The notes: generated by a model from the sequence alone, not told the origin. DNA of 64,000 nucleotides from an uncultured Pseudomonadota bacterium (GCA_963736005.1 CAVTNB010000001.1:672001-736000); one strand, 5' to 3'; numbered from the stretch's first letter, positions 29,329 through 39,785 are shown. Numbers and translations: made by a program.

Positions 29329-30086
29329 GCCAAGGCCTCGAGCACGGCGTCAGGTATGTCGGCGTTGGAATAAACGCTTGTGACGTCGTCGTGTTCTCCG
29401 AGAGCGTCAAGCAGCCGTAAGACATCAGGGGCAGCAGCAGCGGAAACCTCAATCGGCGTTTTGGGCCGCAAATCCACGACGGCCTCGCTGATCTTCAGAT
29501 GCTTGGGCTGCAAAAGGGTTTGCTCGATGTGGTCCCTCACTGCTGATAGCGCGCCCGGCTCGGTGATGACTTCGGCGCAGTCACCCTGAATTTGCACGTC
29601 GATCACGCCATCGACCACGGCCGCGTCGAGGAGTTCTTCTTCAGTGACCCCTGTCATCGGCACGGTCACCACGCCGCGCTCGTCAAACATCCAGCCGACG
29701 CTGCCGGTTTCGCCCAGATTGCCGCCGTTGCGCGAAAAGAGATAGCGCATTTCCGAGGCGGTACGATTGCGATTGTCGGTCACCGCAGCAACGATCACAG
29801 CCACACCGTGAGGCCCGTAGCCCTCATAGCGAATCTCTTCGAAAGCGTCGCCCTTCCCCTCTCCCGTGGCACGAGCGATGGCCCGCTTGATGGTATCCAT
29901 GGGCATGTTCGCATCGCGCGCTCGCGTGACGGCAATTTTTAAGCGAAAGTTTGCCTCCGGGTCGGGGAGACCGGACCTCGCGGCCACAATGATTTCCTTG
30001 CTGAGTTTTGTAAAGCGCTGCCCGCGCTGCGCATCGGCTTTGCCTTTGCGCAGCTTGATGTTATGCCACTTTGAGTGCCCAGACAT
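29325..30086 (-). CDS. yebC: YebC/PmpR family protein
   Basis: MSGHSKW..IK..K, YEGYGP.G, TDN.NRT, DDV..VYSN. Confidence 0.96.
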   Translation of the reverse strand: MSGHSKWHNIKLRKGKADAQRGQRFTKLSKEIIVAARSGLPDPEANFRLKIAVTRARDANMPMDTIKRAIARATGEGKGDAFEEIRYEGYGPHGVAVIVAAVTDNRNRTASEMRYLFSRNGGNLGETGSVGWMFDERGVVTVPMTGVTEEELLDAAVVDGVIDVQIQGDCAEVITEPGALSAVRDHIEQTLLQPKHLKISEAVVDLRPKTPIEVSAAAAPDVLRLLDALGEHDDVTSVYSNADIPDAVLEALA

Positions 30087-30137
30087 GTCAATCTGATTCA
30101 GTAACCCTGTAGCAGCGCACCTCTAGGCCGAAGCAGC

Positions 30138-30163
30138 GGGGCGATTTTCCAATCGCCCCCTAC
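30138..30163. repeat. REP type B
   Basis: ggggcgattttccaatcgcccc-ctac. Confidence 0.92.
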
Positions 30164-30173
30164 AGAATTGCGT

Positions 30174-30884
30174 TTAGTTGAGCGGTTTGCCCAAACGCAA
30201 TCGCACGACGTCTCTGATCGTCTTCAGAATCACTTTTGGCGTGGCACCCTTGGAAACGCCGGTCGTGCGCGGATAGTGGTGCACGCCTCGCTCGACCATC
30301 GGCACGTTGCGCCTGCGGAGTTTGATAAGCAATTCCGAGCTCACGAATGCTCCATTGGATTCAAGCGGTAAAACCTGCGCGAGGCTATCTTTGCGAAAGA
30401 GTTTGTAGGCGCAATCAATATCGCGCACGCGCAGGCCAAACACTGTCCGGATGACCAAATTGTAGACCTTCGCGATGAAGAGGCGATGCGCCGGGTCGCT
30501 CCGCCGAATCCGGTAACCCAAAACGACGGGTGCTCGGTCGAGCATCCCAAGCAATCCGGGCAGCTCCTGCAAGTCGAACTGGCCATCGGCATCGGAGAAA
30601 AAGACTAACTCTTTGGCCGCGTTCGCAAAGCCCGTGCGTAATGCGGCTCCATAACCGCGGTTCACCTCGTGCCGGATGAGGCGAACGTGGGGATCGTGTT
30701 TGGTGATTTCCTCCACCATGGCGGCCGTCGCATCGGAGCTGCCATCGTCCACAACGATGATCTCGTAGTCGTCAGCGAAGCGCGCAACCGCGCTCGAGGC
30801 GGATTCAACCGTCTTGGCAATGATGTCTTGTTCGTTATACGCGGGAAAAAAGACCGACAGCGATGCGGCGCGCTCTTGGGCCAA
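30174..30884 (-). CDS. GT2 glycosyltransferase, polyprenol-phosphate glycosyl synthase-like
   Basis: PAYNE, VDDGS.D, NRGYGAA, DADGQ, DIDCAYKLF. Confidence 0.88.
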   Translation of the reverse strand: MAQERAASLSVFFPAYNEQDIIAKTVESASSAVARFADDYEIIVVDDGSSDATAAMVEEITKHDPHVRLIRHEVNRGYGAALRTGFANAAKELVFFSDADGQFDLQELPGLLGMLDRAPVVLGYRIRRSDPAHRLFIAKVYNLVIRTVFGLRVRDIDCAYKLFRKDSLAQVLPLESNGAFVSSELLIKLRRRNVPMVERGVHHYPRTTGVSKGATPKVILKTIRDVVRLRLGKPLN

Positions 30885-30887
30885 TGC

Positions 30888-33800
30888 TCAGATCCATCCA
30901 TAGGGGTGCGGCACACCATCTTTGTACCAGATGCGTGCATCCCACTGCTTCCACGTCATGTGAGCGCCGTCCAGGATCGGCATAAAAAAGATAAACGAGA
31001 GCACGCACGCGGCAAGGTAGCCGAGCACAATGGCCCTGACCGTCTTTGGCGACGCAGCGTTGTTCGCCCATTGCCACAGCTTCATCAAAACGTATGCTCC
31101 GCACAGACAAATGATGGCATTGTCGGGATAGAAATTGTACTGGAAGTCGATGCGCGGCGACATGACCCATGGGAGCCATTGGAAGAAATATGCCGCCACG
31201 CACCACATCATGCCTTTGTGCCGCGTGTGCCACGCCAGAATGCCGGCCACCGGCACCGTCACGAGTTGCGCAAGCCACATGATCGGATTCGGCAACGCGA
31301 GCACTTCCCCGACGACTTGATTGGGGGGCTGGGTACCAGAGAAAACGTGGTAGTAGTAGGAAACCGGACGCAGTTCGAGCGGCCACGTCCACCACGTCGA
31401 CGCGTACGGGTGCGTCGCTTTGAGATTGTGGTGGTACCCGTACATGGTTTTTTGCAGTTCCCACCAATCGTGCAAGTTGCCGTGAAAGTCACCTGCGTTG
31501 GTGTTGCCAATTTGGAAGAACGGAATGTACGTGAGCAGATAAACGACCGAGGTCACGATGAGCGATGACGCAATAAAGATCGGGAAGCGGAAACCATAGG
31601 CGTTGCCCCACACAAAGCGTCGGGGTGTTGCCTTGCTCTTTGGCTTTTCCGGTACCCAAGGCAAGCGGCGCTGCAGGCTGACGGCAAAGGCAAGCCCCCA
31701 AATCCCGGCCAAGTCGAAAAACCCATTCCATTTGCTTGAGATGACGCAGGCGACGGCGAGGCTGGTCATGCCCATCCAGAAGGCCCACTTTTGGGTGTCA
31801 AGCACCGGAAGGCCATTAACCGTGCCCGCGATTGTCCCGTCGCGGCGCCAGTCTATGGTATTGCCATCTTCTTCTATCCGAGCGCCGTCTGCGCTCCACG
31901 TCGTCTTCTGGTCGTCGTCCGCCAGCTTTGCTCCTCGCAACGGCACCCGCTCGCCATCCTCAAACACAACTTCATTTTGTTCGATCGAACTTCCATCGGG
32001 GAAGATGAGCTCGCCACCGCGCTTCACGCTCTGGCCCGCAATCCACAAGCGGTACGTGCAGTAGATCGTCGCCAGCGCAAAAAACGCGACGAAGATCTCC
32101 GGCGTCGCGATTCGAGACTGCACGTAGAAATAGCCGCTCGAGAGGAGCAGGATGACTGAGGCGACCGCGGCCGGGGTTGAGGAAAAAAGCCGCTTGGCAA
32201 ACGCGTACAGCAGCGGGACCGTCAGCGTGCCGAAGAGCGCGCTCATGAGCCGAGCGCCGACCGGATCGACTTTGTAGATGAGCGCACCGATCGTAAGGAT
32301 CAATTTGGACAGCGGAGGATGCGTCCACTCGAACTGCGATACGTGATGGATGTACTCTTGGGCTGAGCGTGCATAGTAAATCTCGTCAAAAATCCGCTCC
32401 GCGGGGCGTCCGATGTTCGTGTACAGGAGCGCCGCCGTGATGGCCATGAGTCCGCCGACGATGAGGTAATCGGTGCGAGTGAGCCCGACAAGGCCTTCCC
32501 ACGCGAGGGGCGCAAGCCGGCGCGGCTGACCTTGTCCAATGACGAATTTCTTGAGCCGCTGAGTCGCGTCGTCCAATGAGTCGCCGATTTCGGGAATCAG
32601 GTAGGTAGCCGCAACGATAAACAGACACGCGACGTTGAGAATCGAAAGAGGATGAACGAGAGCGGGCGCGAGATCGGCGCTGGGATTGTACAGATAGGCA
32701 AGCGCGTAGAACAAATTGATCAAGAACGTGCCGGAGAGAATCACGTAGATAACGCGATTCACGATGTTGATGTTCCAAATCAGCGGACCAAACGCAAGGG
32801 CCGAGAAGAGATAGCGCTCGTGCATGCGCGTGGCGAACATGAAGAGTCCGAGCAGGGAGAGGAAAAGCGCCATATAGAGCGATCCCTCGCGCTCCGTTTG
32901 CTTGTAGTCTTTCCCAAGCGTCCGCCACTCGCGCACCACCACCGCAAAGACGAACGCACAGACGATCACGATGCCCCACGCCCACTGCGGCCAACCCGCG
33001 AATCCCGGCAGATTGGGGATGAGTTTGCTGTCGGGCTGCCAGAAATCCAAGCGCGTGGAGTAGAGGTTGAACGCATTGCACGAGTTGTACGGATACAGCG
33101 CGGTGCCCGTGTGGTAACGGTCGTAGAGCCACGCGATCACGTTGATCGGGTTGGTATCTGGTGCAAAAAACACGCTGCCGCCATAGGCGACGATAAAGCC
33201 CATGACGGGAACGAGCAGGATCCGCCACCATTGCGCGTTGCTGCGGAGCTGCCAAATCAGTAACGCCGGCGCCGCAGCGAGTGGCTGTGGCTTGATGAGC
33301 ACTGCCAATGCAAATGCCAGCCAAGCAAATTCGTATCGCTGCGTCAGCATCAAATATACAGACCAAACCAAGAACACCGCCGTCACCGAATCGGCTTGCC
33401 CCCAGTATGCCGAGACGAACCAGACCGCCGGGTTGAACACAACGATCGCCATGGCCCATACGCCGGCTTTGACTGACCACGTTCGGCGCACGATCAAAAA
33501 TGATAGATAGGCAAGGCCGATGTCGGCCAACACTGCCGGTAATTTCACCATGAGACGCAGCAAATCGACCGGCAGGTTGAACTGCGAAAGAAAATGATAG
33601 ATCGCGCCAAAGAACGCGAGGATGAGCATGTAGCCGGGCGGGTAATCCACAAAGCCGGCGTGTCCGTAGAACCCCGGGATGCCGTACTTGATAACGCTCA
33701 ACATCCAGGACTCAAAGGTCCCGATGTCCGTCTCATGCCCGTGCATGGGCATGAAGATCGCTCGGACGAGCAGGCCCACCAACAAAATGACGACAACGGC

Positions 33801-33926
33801 CTGCACTTCGGCGAGGCTTAAGCGCCCTCTGTTCGGCTCGCCTAGAGCACCATCAGGAGACGAAGCAGCTGGCACACCAGCTACGTCCTGCTTGGATCCC
33901 TGTTTTGACTTCACGGTTTCTGCCAC
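30888..33926 (-). CDS. Double GT-C membrane glycosyltransferase: N-terminal GT-C unit + PMT/GT39-like unit
   Basis: N-half DYPPG, SAYWGQ.DS, KPQ, MHERY. C-half FDEIYY, EWTHPPL.K, SKW.G, HPY.S.WW.WP, NP..W. Confidence 0.85.
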   Translation of the reverse strand: MAETVKSKQGSKQDVAGVPAASSPDGALGEPNRGRLSLAEVQAVVVILLVGLLVRAIFMPMHGHETDIGTFESWMLSVIKYGIPGFYGHAGFVDYPPGYMLILAFFGAIYHFLSQFNLPVDLLRLMVKLPAVLADIGLAYLSFLIVRRTWSVKAGVWAMAIVVFNPAVWFVSAYWGQADSVTAVFLVWSVYLMLTQRYEFAWLAFALAVLIKPQPLAAAPALLIWQLRSNAQWWRILLVPVMGFIVAYGGSVFFAPDTNPINVIAWLYDRYHTGTALYPYNSCNAFNLYSTRLDFWQPDSKLIPNLPGFAGWPQWAWGIVIVCAFVFAVVVREWRTLGKDYKQTEREGSLYMALFLSLLGLFMFATRMHERYLFSALAFGPLIWNINIVNRVIYVILSGTFLINLFYALAYLYNPSADLAPALVHPLSILNVACLFIVAATYLIPEIGDSLDDATQRLKKFVIGQGQPRRLAPLAWEGLVGLTRTDYLIVGGLMAITAALLYTNIGRPAERIFDEIYYARSAQEYIHHVSQFEWTHPPLSKLILTIGALIYKVDPVGARLMSALFGTLTVPLLYAFAKRLFSSTPAAVASVILLLSSGYFYVQSRIATPEIFVAFFALATIYCTYRLWIAGQSVKRGGELIFPDGSSIEQNEVVFEDGERVPLRGAKLADDDQKTTWSADGARIEEDGNTIDWRRDGTIAGTVNGLPVLDTQKWAFWMGMTSLAVACVISSKWNGFFDLAGIWGLAFAVSLQRRLPWVPEKPKSKATPRRFVWGNAYGFRFPIFIASSLIVTSVVYLLTYIPFFQIGNTNAGDFHGNLHDWWELQKTMYGYHHNLKATHPYASTWWTWPLELRPVSYYYHVFSGTQPPNQVVGEVLALPNPIMWLAQLVTVPVAGILAWHTRHKGMMWCVAAYFFQWLPWVMSPRIDFQYNFYPDNAIICLCGAYVLMKLWQWANNAASPKTVRAIVLGYLAACVLSFIFFMPILDGAHMTWKQWDARIWYKDGVPHPYGWI

Positions 33927-33943
33927 ACGTTATGCCCGGTCCC

Positions 33944-33980
33944 AGACAATAAGACAATAAGACAATAAGACAATAAGATA
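33944..33980. repeat. Simple sequence repeat (AGACAATA)x4 + AGATA
   Basis: Four perfect 8-bp units, directly visible, starting 17 nt upstream of the GTG at 33926. Confidence 0.95.
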
Positions 33981-34050
33981 GTTATCGGCAACACTGCGGC
34001 GCTTGCGCGATTGCGCGCTGCGAACCTGCCAATTCATGAAGCATGCGAGA

Positions 34051-34665
34051 TCAGTCAACAGTCAGCTGCGGCAAGGCAAGGGCGAGCACTGCTGACGCTA
34101 AGCGTGCGCACCGCGGCGCCTCGCGCCAGAGCCAGAGCGCTTGCGGCCACAACCGCGGCCGGCCGAGCACACGTGCAGGTTTGAGCCAGGCGTCGGATAG
34201 TTCTTGTTGCGGAGTGTCAAGGATGACTCGCAGCGCGGCGATCCGGCGCGCGTGCAAAAACCCGGTCTCCATGTCGACAGCGACAAAGCCGCGCTGCGCC
34301 CATTGCGTGCGAGCGCTACCGGTGATGAGCGTCCTGCTCGTCAGCAAGGGCTCCTGCAACGGCGTGCGGCCGAGTCGCATTGCTGCAGCAACTAATGACG
34401 CGCTCAAACGCTGGTCGCAGTTTATGGTCTCGCCGCTGGGTGTCGCGACTTCCTTTGGTATCACGATAGACCCGGTCGGCACGTCCTCCCTCAGACCACC
34501 TGCAAGTCCGCAGCTCACCACAATGTCGTACTCATGAGCGCTGATGCCGGCAAGGCCAACGCCTGTTTGGATCACGCGTACGTCCGGGGCGGCGCGGCGA
34601 ATGGCTGCCGCTTCGAGCCCGGTGGCCGCGATGATGGTTAAGGAAGCTTCAATTGAGGTAACCAT
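34051..34665 (-). CDS. hpnG: Hopanoid-associated nucleosidase/phosphorylase, HpnG-like
   Basis: GLAGGL, VAVDMET, LRVILDT (PNP/UDP-1 motifs); last gene of the hpn cluster. Confidence 0.75.
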   Translation of the reverse strand: MVTSIEASLTIIAATGLEAAAIRRAAPDVRVIQTGVGLAGISAHEYDIVVSCGLAGGLREDVPTGSIVIPKEVATPSGETINCDQRLSASLVAAAMRLGRTPLQEPLLTSRTLITGSARTQWAQRGFVAVDMETGFLHARRIAALRVILDTPQQELSDAWLKPARVLGRPRLWPQALWLWREAPRCARLASAVLALALPQLTVD

Positions 34666-35626
34666 TCGCGCGATACCATGCGACCGCGCGGGCAAGCGCA
34701 CCGCGCACGGAACCGGCACGATATGCCAGTTCTTGCTTCGCCTTACTGCAGTCCACGTACATGTGCTCGCGCGCCATGCGAACTCCCTCGAGCGGCACCG
34801 CGGGTTCTGATCTTGGCACGATGCGGCAACGCAGTTCATCGAGCACGCCGGCGGTCAGCGCCACAACGTGGGGGAGGCGTAATGTGGGTGCGCGTCGGCC
34901 CGTCACCTCGGCTAACAGGTCCCAGAGTTGATCGAACGAGAGATTTTCGCCGCCGATAAGGTATCGCTCGCGCGGCGTGCCGTGCCTCAGCGCCGCGACG
35001 TGGGCCGAAGCAACATCCTCCACTGCCACGAGATTGAGGCCTCCACCGGGGGGTCGAGCCGGTATTCGTCCGCGAGCGAAATCAAGCACGAGGCGCCCCG
35101 TCGGCGTCGGTTTCCAGTCGCCGGGCCCGACTGGAGCGCTCGGGAGGAGCAGCACCACCGGCACTCGGGCTGCGAGGGCAGCTCGCTCCTGTTCGAGCTT
35201 GGAGCGATGGTATGCAGAACCACCTGCGTGAAATGCGTGCGTTTTTTCGGTGGCGGCAATCCCATTTTTCGCCGGGCCGACGGTTGAGCCGCTCGACGTA
35301 ACGACCGCGCGCTGCACGCCAGCGATGCGCGCCGCTTCCAAAACGGCGGCCGTTCCCGCGACGTTCACGCGTTGCATCACCGACCGATCGCGGGGAGCAA
35401 ACGAGTACAGCGCTGCGCAATGGACGAGGAATTGACACCCCCGCATCGCCCGAGCGAGCTCTCCCGCGCGGGTGAGATCGCCACTGACGATTTGTGCACC
35501 CTCCACCTGCGCTCCGGCTCGACGAACGAGCGCCCGCACGCGATAACCCTCCGCCGCAAGCGCGCGAGCTACGTGGCTGCCAATGAAGCCGGTGGCCCCG
35601 GTAACAAAAACAAACTCACTTGGCAA
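34649..35626 (-). CDS. hpnA: Hopanoid-associated NAD-dependent epimerase/dehydratase
   Basis: VTGATGFIG, H.AA.Y, Y..SK, PVGPGD.KPTPTG. Confidence 0.85.
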   Translation of the reverse strand: MPSEFVFVTGATGFIGSHVARALAAEGYRVRALVRRAGAQVEGAQIVSGDLTRAGELARAMRGCQFLVHCAALYSFAPRDRSVMQRVNVAGTAAVLEAARIAGVQRAVVTSSGSTVGPAKNGIAATEKTHAFHAGGSAYHRSKLEQERAALAARVPVVLLLPSAPVGPGDWKPTPTGRLVLDFARGRIPARPPGGGLNLVAVEDVASAHVAALRHGTPRERYLIGGENLSFDQLWDLLAEVTGRRAPTLRLPHVVALTAGVLDELRCRIVPRSEPAVPLEGVRMAREHMYVDCSKAKQELAYRAGSVRGALARAVAWYRANGYLN

Positions 35627-36623
35627 GAGCGGCCCGCAGCATTTCTTTGGGTGAGCCCATGGTCATGTTCACAGCGGTTGGCTCGTAACCGCAGTGGGCC
35701 ATGCAGTTCTCACACTTGGGATGACGGCCGCGACCATACTTCGACCAGTCAGTCTCCCCGATAAGCTCTTTGTAGCTTTTGGCATACGGCTCGGACGACA
35801 TGAGGTAGCACGGTCGCTGCCAGCCTAACACCGAGTACGACGGTATTCCCCATGCGGTGCACGCAAAGTCAACCTTGCCCTCGAGGAAATCTAAATACAT
35901 CGGGCTGTGGTTAAGGCGCCAACGCTTCCGCCGACCGTCCCCAAACGCTTCGCGGAAAATCGCTCGCGTACGCTCGACGCCGAGAAAGTGCTCTTGGTCC
36001 GGCGCTTTTTCGTAGGCGAAGCCTGGAGCGATCTGCATTTCGTCAACTTCGAGCTCGTCGTTGAGGTAATCAAGGACGTCGCGGATGGAACGCGCATCGT
36101 CTTGCCCGAAAAACGTGGAGTTCGTCGTCACGCGGAAGCCTCGCCGTTTCGCTTCACGTACGGCCTCCACAGCTTTGTCAAAAATACCTGTACGGCACAC
36201 AGACTGATCGTGACGTTCGCGCAGACCATCAAGGTGGACTGACCAAGCAAAATACTGTGAGGGCTTGAAGAGATCGAGCTTTCTTTGCATCAGAATTGCA
36301 TTCGTGCATAAGTAAACGAAGCGACGGCGCTCGATCAAAGCGCGGGCGATCTCGTGGATCTCTCGGTGAATGAGCGGCTCGCCACCAGCAATAGAGACGA
36401 TCGGCGCCTCGCACTCGAGAGCGGCCGCGACGCATTCGTCCACGCTCAAGCGGCGCGCCAAAATGTCATCTGGGTGCTGGATTTTGCCGCAGCCGGCGCA
36501 TGCGAGATTACAAAAATACAAAGGTTCGAGTTGCAGGACGAGCGCGTATCGCTCGATGCCGCGCAAGCGTTTGCCGCTTACGTACGCGGCGACGGCCAGC
36601 TTTTGAGCTAAAGGAATGCTCAC
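35616..36623 (-). CDS. hpnH: Adenosylhopane synthase, radical SAM
   Basis: LEPL..CNLACAGCGKI, SIAGGEPL, GWQRPCYL, C.NCMAHCGYEPTA. Confidence 0.93.
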   Translation of the reverse strand: MSIPLAQKLAVAAYVSGKRLRGIERYALVLQLEPLYFCNLACAGCGKIQHPDDILARRLSVDECVAAALECEAPIVSIAGGEPLIHREIHEIARALIERRRFVYLCTNAILMQRKLDLFKPSQYFAWSVHLDGLRERHDQSVCRTGIFDKAVEAVREAKRRGFRVTTNSTFFGQDDARSIRDVLDYLNDELEVDEMQIAPGFAYEKAPDQEHFLGVERTRAIFREAFGDGRRKRWRLNHSPMYLDFLEGKVDFACTAWGIPSYSVLGWQRPCYLMSSEPYAKSYKELIGETDWSKYGRGRHPKCENCMAHCGYEPTAVNMTMGSPKEMLRAALAK

Positions 36624-38515
36624 GTTCTCACCCTTTCGACTGGCTGTTCCCAGGTAGCGGGGCGGGGCGCCGCCATCGCGCGATCACCCGCAAGCGCCAT
36701 CATCGGGAACAGATGTCTATACATATGGTAGTTGATGTAGAAATCACCCGGAAACCCTGTTCCTGTATGTTCGAACTCGTGCCAGGTCCCCTCCACCTGA
36801 TGCTCGCGAAGAAACCCGAGTCCTTGCTGACAGGCGCCGTGCGCGCCCAGACCGGCGGATTGCAGCGCCAGCACCGCCCATGCTGTTTGCGACGGGGTGC
36901 TCGTGCCCACGCCGGCAAACGACGCGTCCTTGTACGAGTGGCATGTCTCGCCCCATCCGCCGTCGGGGTTTTGCACCGAAAGCAACCACTGCCCGGCAGT
37001 GCGCATCCGATCTCCATCGACGTGCAGCGCCTTAAGAGCATCGAGCACGCACCAGGTGCCATAGATATGGTTGACGCCCCAGCGACCGAACCACGACCCG
37101 GCTGAGGCTTGCGTTCGTCGAAGATACGCAAGGCCGCTCGCCACGTGCGGCTCATCCGTCCGGTAGTTGAGGGCCGCCAGCATCTCTAAGACGTGCGCCG
37201 TGACGTCTTCGGACGGTGGATCGATCATTGCGCCGAAGTCGGCGAATGGGATGCTGTACGCAATGCGGCGCGTGTTGTTGCGGTCGAAGGCTGCCCACGC
37301 TCCGTTTTGGGAACGCATCGCGAGCACCCAACGCGTAGCGCGGTCGACGGCGCGAGCGACGCGCTCGGGTCTGCCACCTTCAAGCAGCGCGCAGACGACC
37401 ACGGCGGTGTCATCGACATCGGGATAGAGGTCGTTGTCAAATTCAAATGCCCAGCCCCCGCATGGCACGTTCTTGCAACGCACGGTCCAGTCGCCGTCGC
37501 ATTCGATTTGCTCGCGGATGAGCCAATCGATGGCCGACGCCATCGCGTCGTGGTTTGCGCCCACACCTGCGGCATGCAGTGCTCTGACTGCCCATGCCGT
37601 ATCCCAGACCGGTGACATGCACGCCGAAAAGCGCCAACCGCGGCTATCGCAAACCGAAAAGCGCTCCATCCCTGCCAGACCCTTTTGCATCACTGGATGA
37701 TGCGAATCCATACCTTCAAGACTGAGCGCAATGAGCGAATAGACCCAGGGAGGTTGAATACCGCCCCAACTTCCATCGGCTTCTTGATGGTCGAGAATCC
37801 AGTTTGCAACGCGACGACGCGCCCGGTTGCGCCCCGGCTTGATTGGCAACTGTTCGTAGAGCTTGAGCAGCCTATCGAGCCACAAGAACGCTCCTCCACC
37901 TGCTACATGGGAGAGCCGAGGCTGCGTACCGGCAAGGACGACTTCTGTAAGCTCCACGCCGAGTGGCCGCATCGGCCGTCGCGAGATGACAATCGTTAGC
38001 GGCGCAATCGTGCCGCGTGCCCAACAGGCGAAGTCGTACAAATTGAGTGGGACTATCGATGGCAGGTAGATCAGCTCCGGTGGCATTGTCGGAATGCCCT
38101 GCCATGGGTATTGACCAAAAAGCGCGAGCCAGATTTTGGTGAAAACGCGAGCTCGTTCGACGCCACCAAGCCTGGAGATAACCCTCAGCGCTCGCTTCAT
38201 AGGCGGACTCGCCGGATCGACTCCCAGTACCTTCAGTGCCGCATACGCTTCGATCGTGGTGCTCACGTCGGCCGGACCGTCATGGTAAAGAGCCCACGAA
38301 CCGTCATCGCGTTGGGCTTGAAGAATGTGCTCCCGGGCGCCGCCGCGGATTGGATCGAGACTGAGGTCCAGGAAACGCAAGAGCAGCACGTGCTCGGCGG
38401 TCATCGTGACGTTGGTTTCCAGTTCATCGGTCCACCAACCATCGGGGTGCTGATGCTGGAGAAGCCAGTCCGTCGACGCTTTCAGCGCATCATGCGACAA
38501 CTGCGACACCTCCAA
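36620..38515 (-). CDS. shc: Squalene-hopene cyclase
   Basis: DVDDTAVV catalytic motif, QW repeats, SPVWDT, GTGFP..FY..Y..Y. Confidence 0.96.
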   Translation of the reverse strand: MEVSQLSHDALKASTDWLLQHQHPDGWWTDELETNVTMTAEHVLLLRFLDLSLDPIRGGAREHILQAQRDDGSWALYHDGPADVSTTIEAYAALKVLGVDPASPPMKRALRVISRLGGVERARVFTKIWLALFGQYPWQGIPTMPPELIYLPSIVPLNLYDFACWARGTIAPLTIVISRRPMRPLGVELTEVVLAGTQPRLSHVAGGGAFLWLDRLLKLYEQLPIKPGRNRARRRVANWILDHQEADGSWGGIQPPWVYSLIALSLEGMDSHHPVMQKGLAGMERFSVCDSRGWRFSACMSPVWDTAWAVRALHAAGVGANHDAMASAIDWLIREQIECDGDWTVRCKNVPCGGWAFEFDNDLYPDVDDTAVVVCALLEGGRPERVARAVDRATRWVLAMRSQNGAWAAFDRNNTRRIAYSIPFADFGAMIDPPSEDVTAHVLEMLAALNYRTDEPHVASGLAYLRRTQASAGSWFGRWGVNHIYGTWCVLDALKALHVDGDRMRTAGQWLLSVQNPDGGWGETCHSYKDASFAGVGTSTPSQTAWAVLALQSAGLGAHGACQQGLGFLREHQVEGTWHEFEHTGTGFPGDFYINYHMYRHLFPMMALAGDRAMAAPRPATWEQPVERVRT

Positions 38516-39785
38516 GCACGCCCGCGATGAGTCGCGCTGCGGCGCTGCCGCTGCGCACTGCAGACTCCATAGTGTCGGGCCAACCCGTATCGGTCCACGA
38601 ACCGGCGATGGCCAGATTGGGAAACGACGTTTGCGGACCCGGCCGCTTTTGCGTTGGGGACGCTAGATACGTTGCCTCTGGATTTCGCGTGACGGCACTG
38701 CGGAGCAGCGTGGCGCCGGCGAGCGTCGGAATCGCGGTCTTGATCTCATTCCAACACTCCTGGCTCACCTGTGCCGCGGGCATGGTGAGGTATTTCTCTG
38801 CCGCGCTGAGACTGCAGCATAGGTACCCGCTCCGCTTCTCAAAGATCCACTGCAACGGCGAATCGAGCACAGCCGCGAAGTCGAATCCTAAATGCCCGCG
38901 ATCGTGCCACAGATGGACGTCGACGATGGGATGCGCTATGTAACCATCGAGCGCGGGTAACCCGAGTTGCTGCCCAACACCGCCCGCGACGAGCGAGAGC
39001 TGCGGCGGAGATAGTGCCAAGACCACCGCGTCAAAAGGAACTCTTTGACCGTCGCGCAGCGTGACGCCGTCCACTCCACCATGCGTGCGAGCGAACGATA
39101 CACCAGCGACGGGGGTTGAAAGATGCACACGGGCGAGCTTCGCAGCGGCCTTGCGGGCAACGTGGGCCAGTGGAATCGTCGCATACCCAAAGCGCGCCCC
39201 GCCAGCCTCGTGGAGAAACGCTGTCGACAGGACGAACGTGGCGTCCGCAGCACTGACCTCTTCGAGCGGCGCGTTGAGCGCTGGAACAAAAAATGGCCGC
39301 CAAAACGAGCGCAGCGCGTCTTCTGTTTGGCCGTGTTGCGTTAGCCATTGCGCAAAGGTGCCATCGAACGGTGTTGTTCCCGCCGCCCTGAGCGCTCGGG
39401 CGAGGCGCAGCTTATCGGGCCACGCGAGGTGGCGATAGCCAATGAACGATCCAAGCAAGTGCCAGGGCGCCGGCAAACCGACAGCGCGGAGTCTGCTTGC
39501 GACGCCATTGCGTGACAGGACGAGCGCATCGAAGCGCTCTTGCATGCGAACGAACTTTGACATGCCAACTCGATCGACGAATCGCAAGAACTCCGTGCAG
39601 CAGCCCAAAAAGACGTGCTGTCCGTTATCCACTTCCACGCCGTCAACAAGGAACGAGGTCGCGCGTCCGCCGAGCAGGCGGCTGCGCTCGAAGACCTCGA
39701 CATGGAAGCCCGCATCGGTGAGGTCGGTGCCGGCCGCGAGGCCTGCAAGGCCTGCACCAACCACCGCTACCCGGCCTGCAGCCAC
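38490..39785 (-). CDS. hpnE: Hydroxysqualene dehydroxylase
   Basis: VVGAGLAGL, GGRA.S, DNGQHV.LG, W..TG.P.TMESAVRSG. Confidence 0.9.
   Translation of the reverse strand: MAAGRVAVVGAGLAGLAAGTDLTDAGFHVEVFERSRLLGGRATSFLVDGVEVDNGQHVFLGCCTEFLRFVDRVGMSKFVRMQERFDALVLSRNGVASRLRAVGLPAPWHLLGSFIGYRHLAWPDKLRLARALRAAGTTPFDGTFAQWLTQHGQTEDALRSFWRPFFVPALNAPLEEVSAADATFVLSTAFLHEAGGARFGYATIPLAHVARKAAAKLARVHLSTPVAGVSFARTHGGVDGVTLRDGQRVPFDAVVLALSPPQLSLVAGGVGQQLGLPALDGYIAHPIVDVHLWHDRGHLGFDFAAVLDSPLQWIFEKRSGYLCCSLSAAEKYLTMPAAQVSQECWNEIKTAIPTLAGATLLRSAVTRNPEATYLASPTQKRPGPQTSFPNLAIAGSWTDTGWPDTMESAVRSGSAAARLIAGVLGGVAVVA

Noticed and set aside
30174..30884. GT2 as hopanoid glycosyltransferase HpnI/HpnB
   Set aside because: Short, soluble, DPM-synthase-like and coupled to a PMT-like gene; it lacks the TM segments of HpnI/HpnB.
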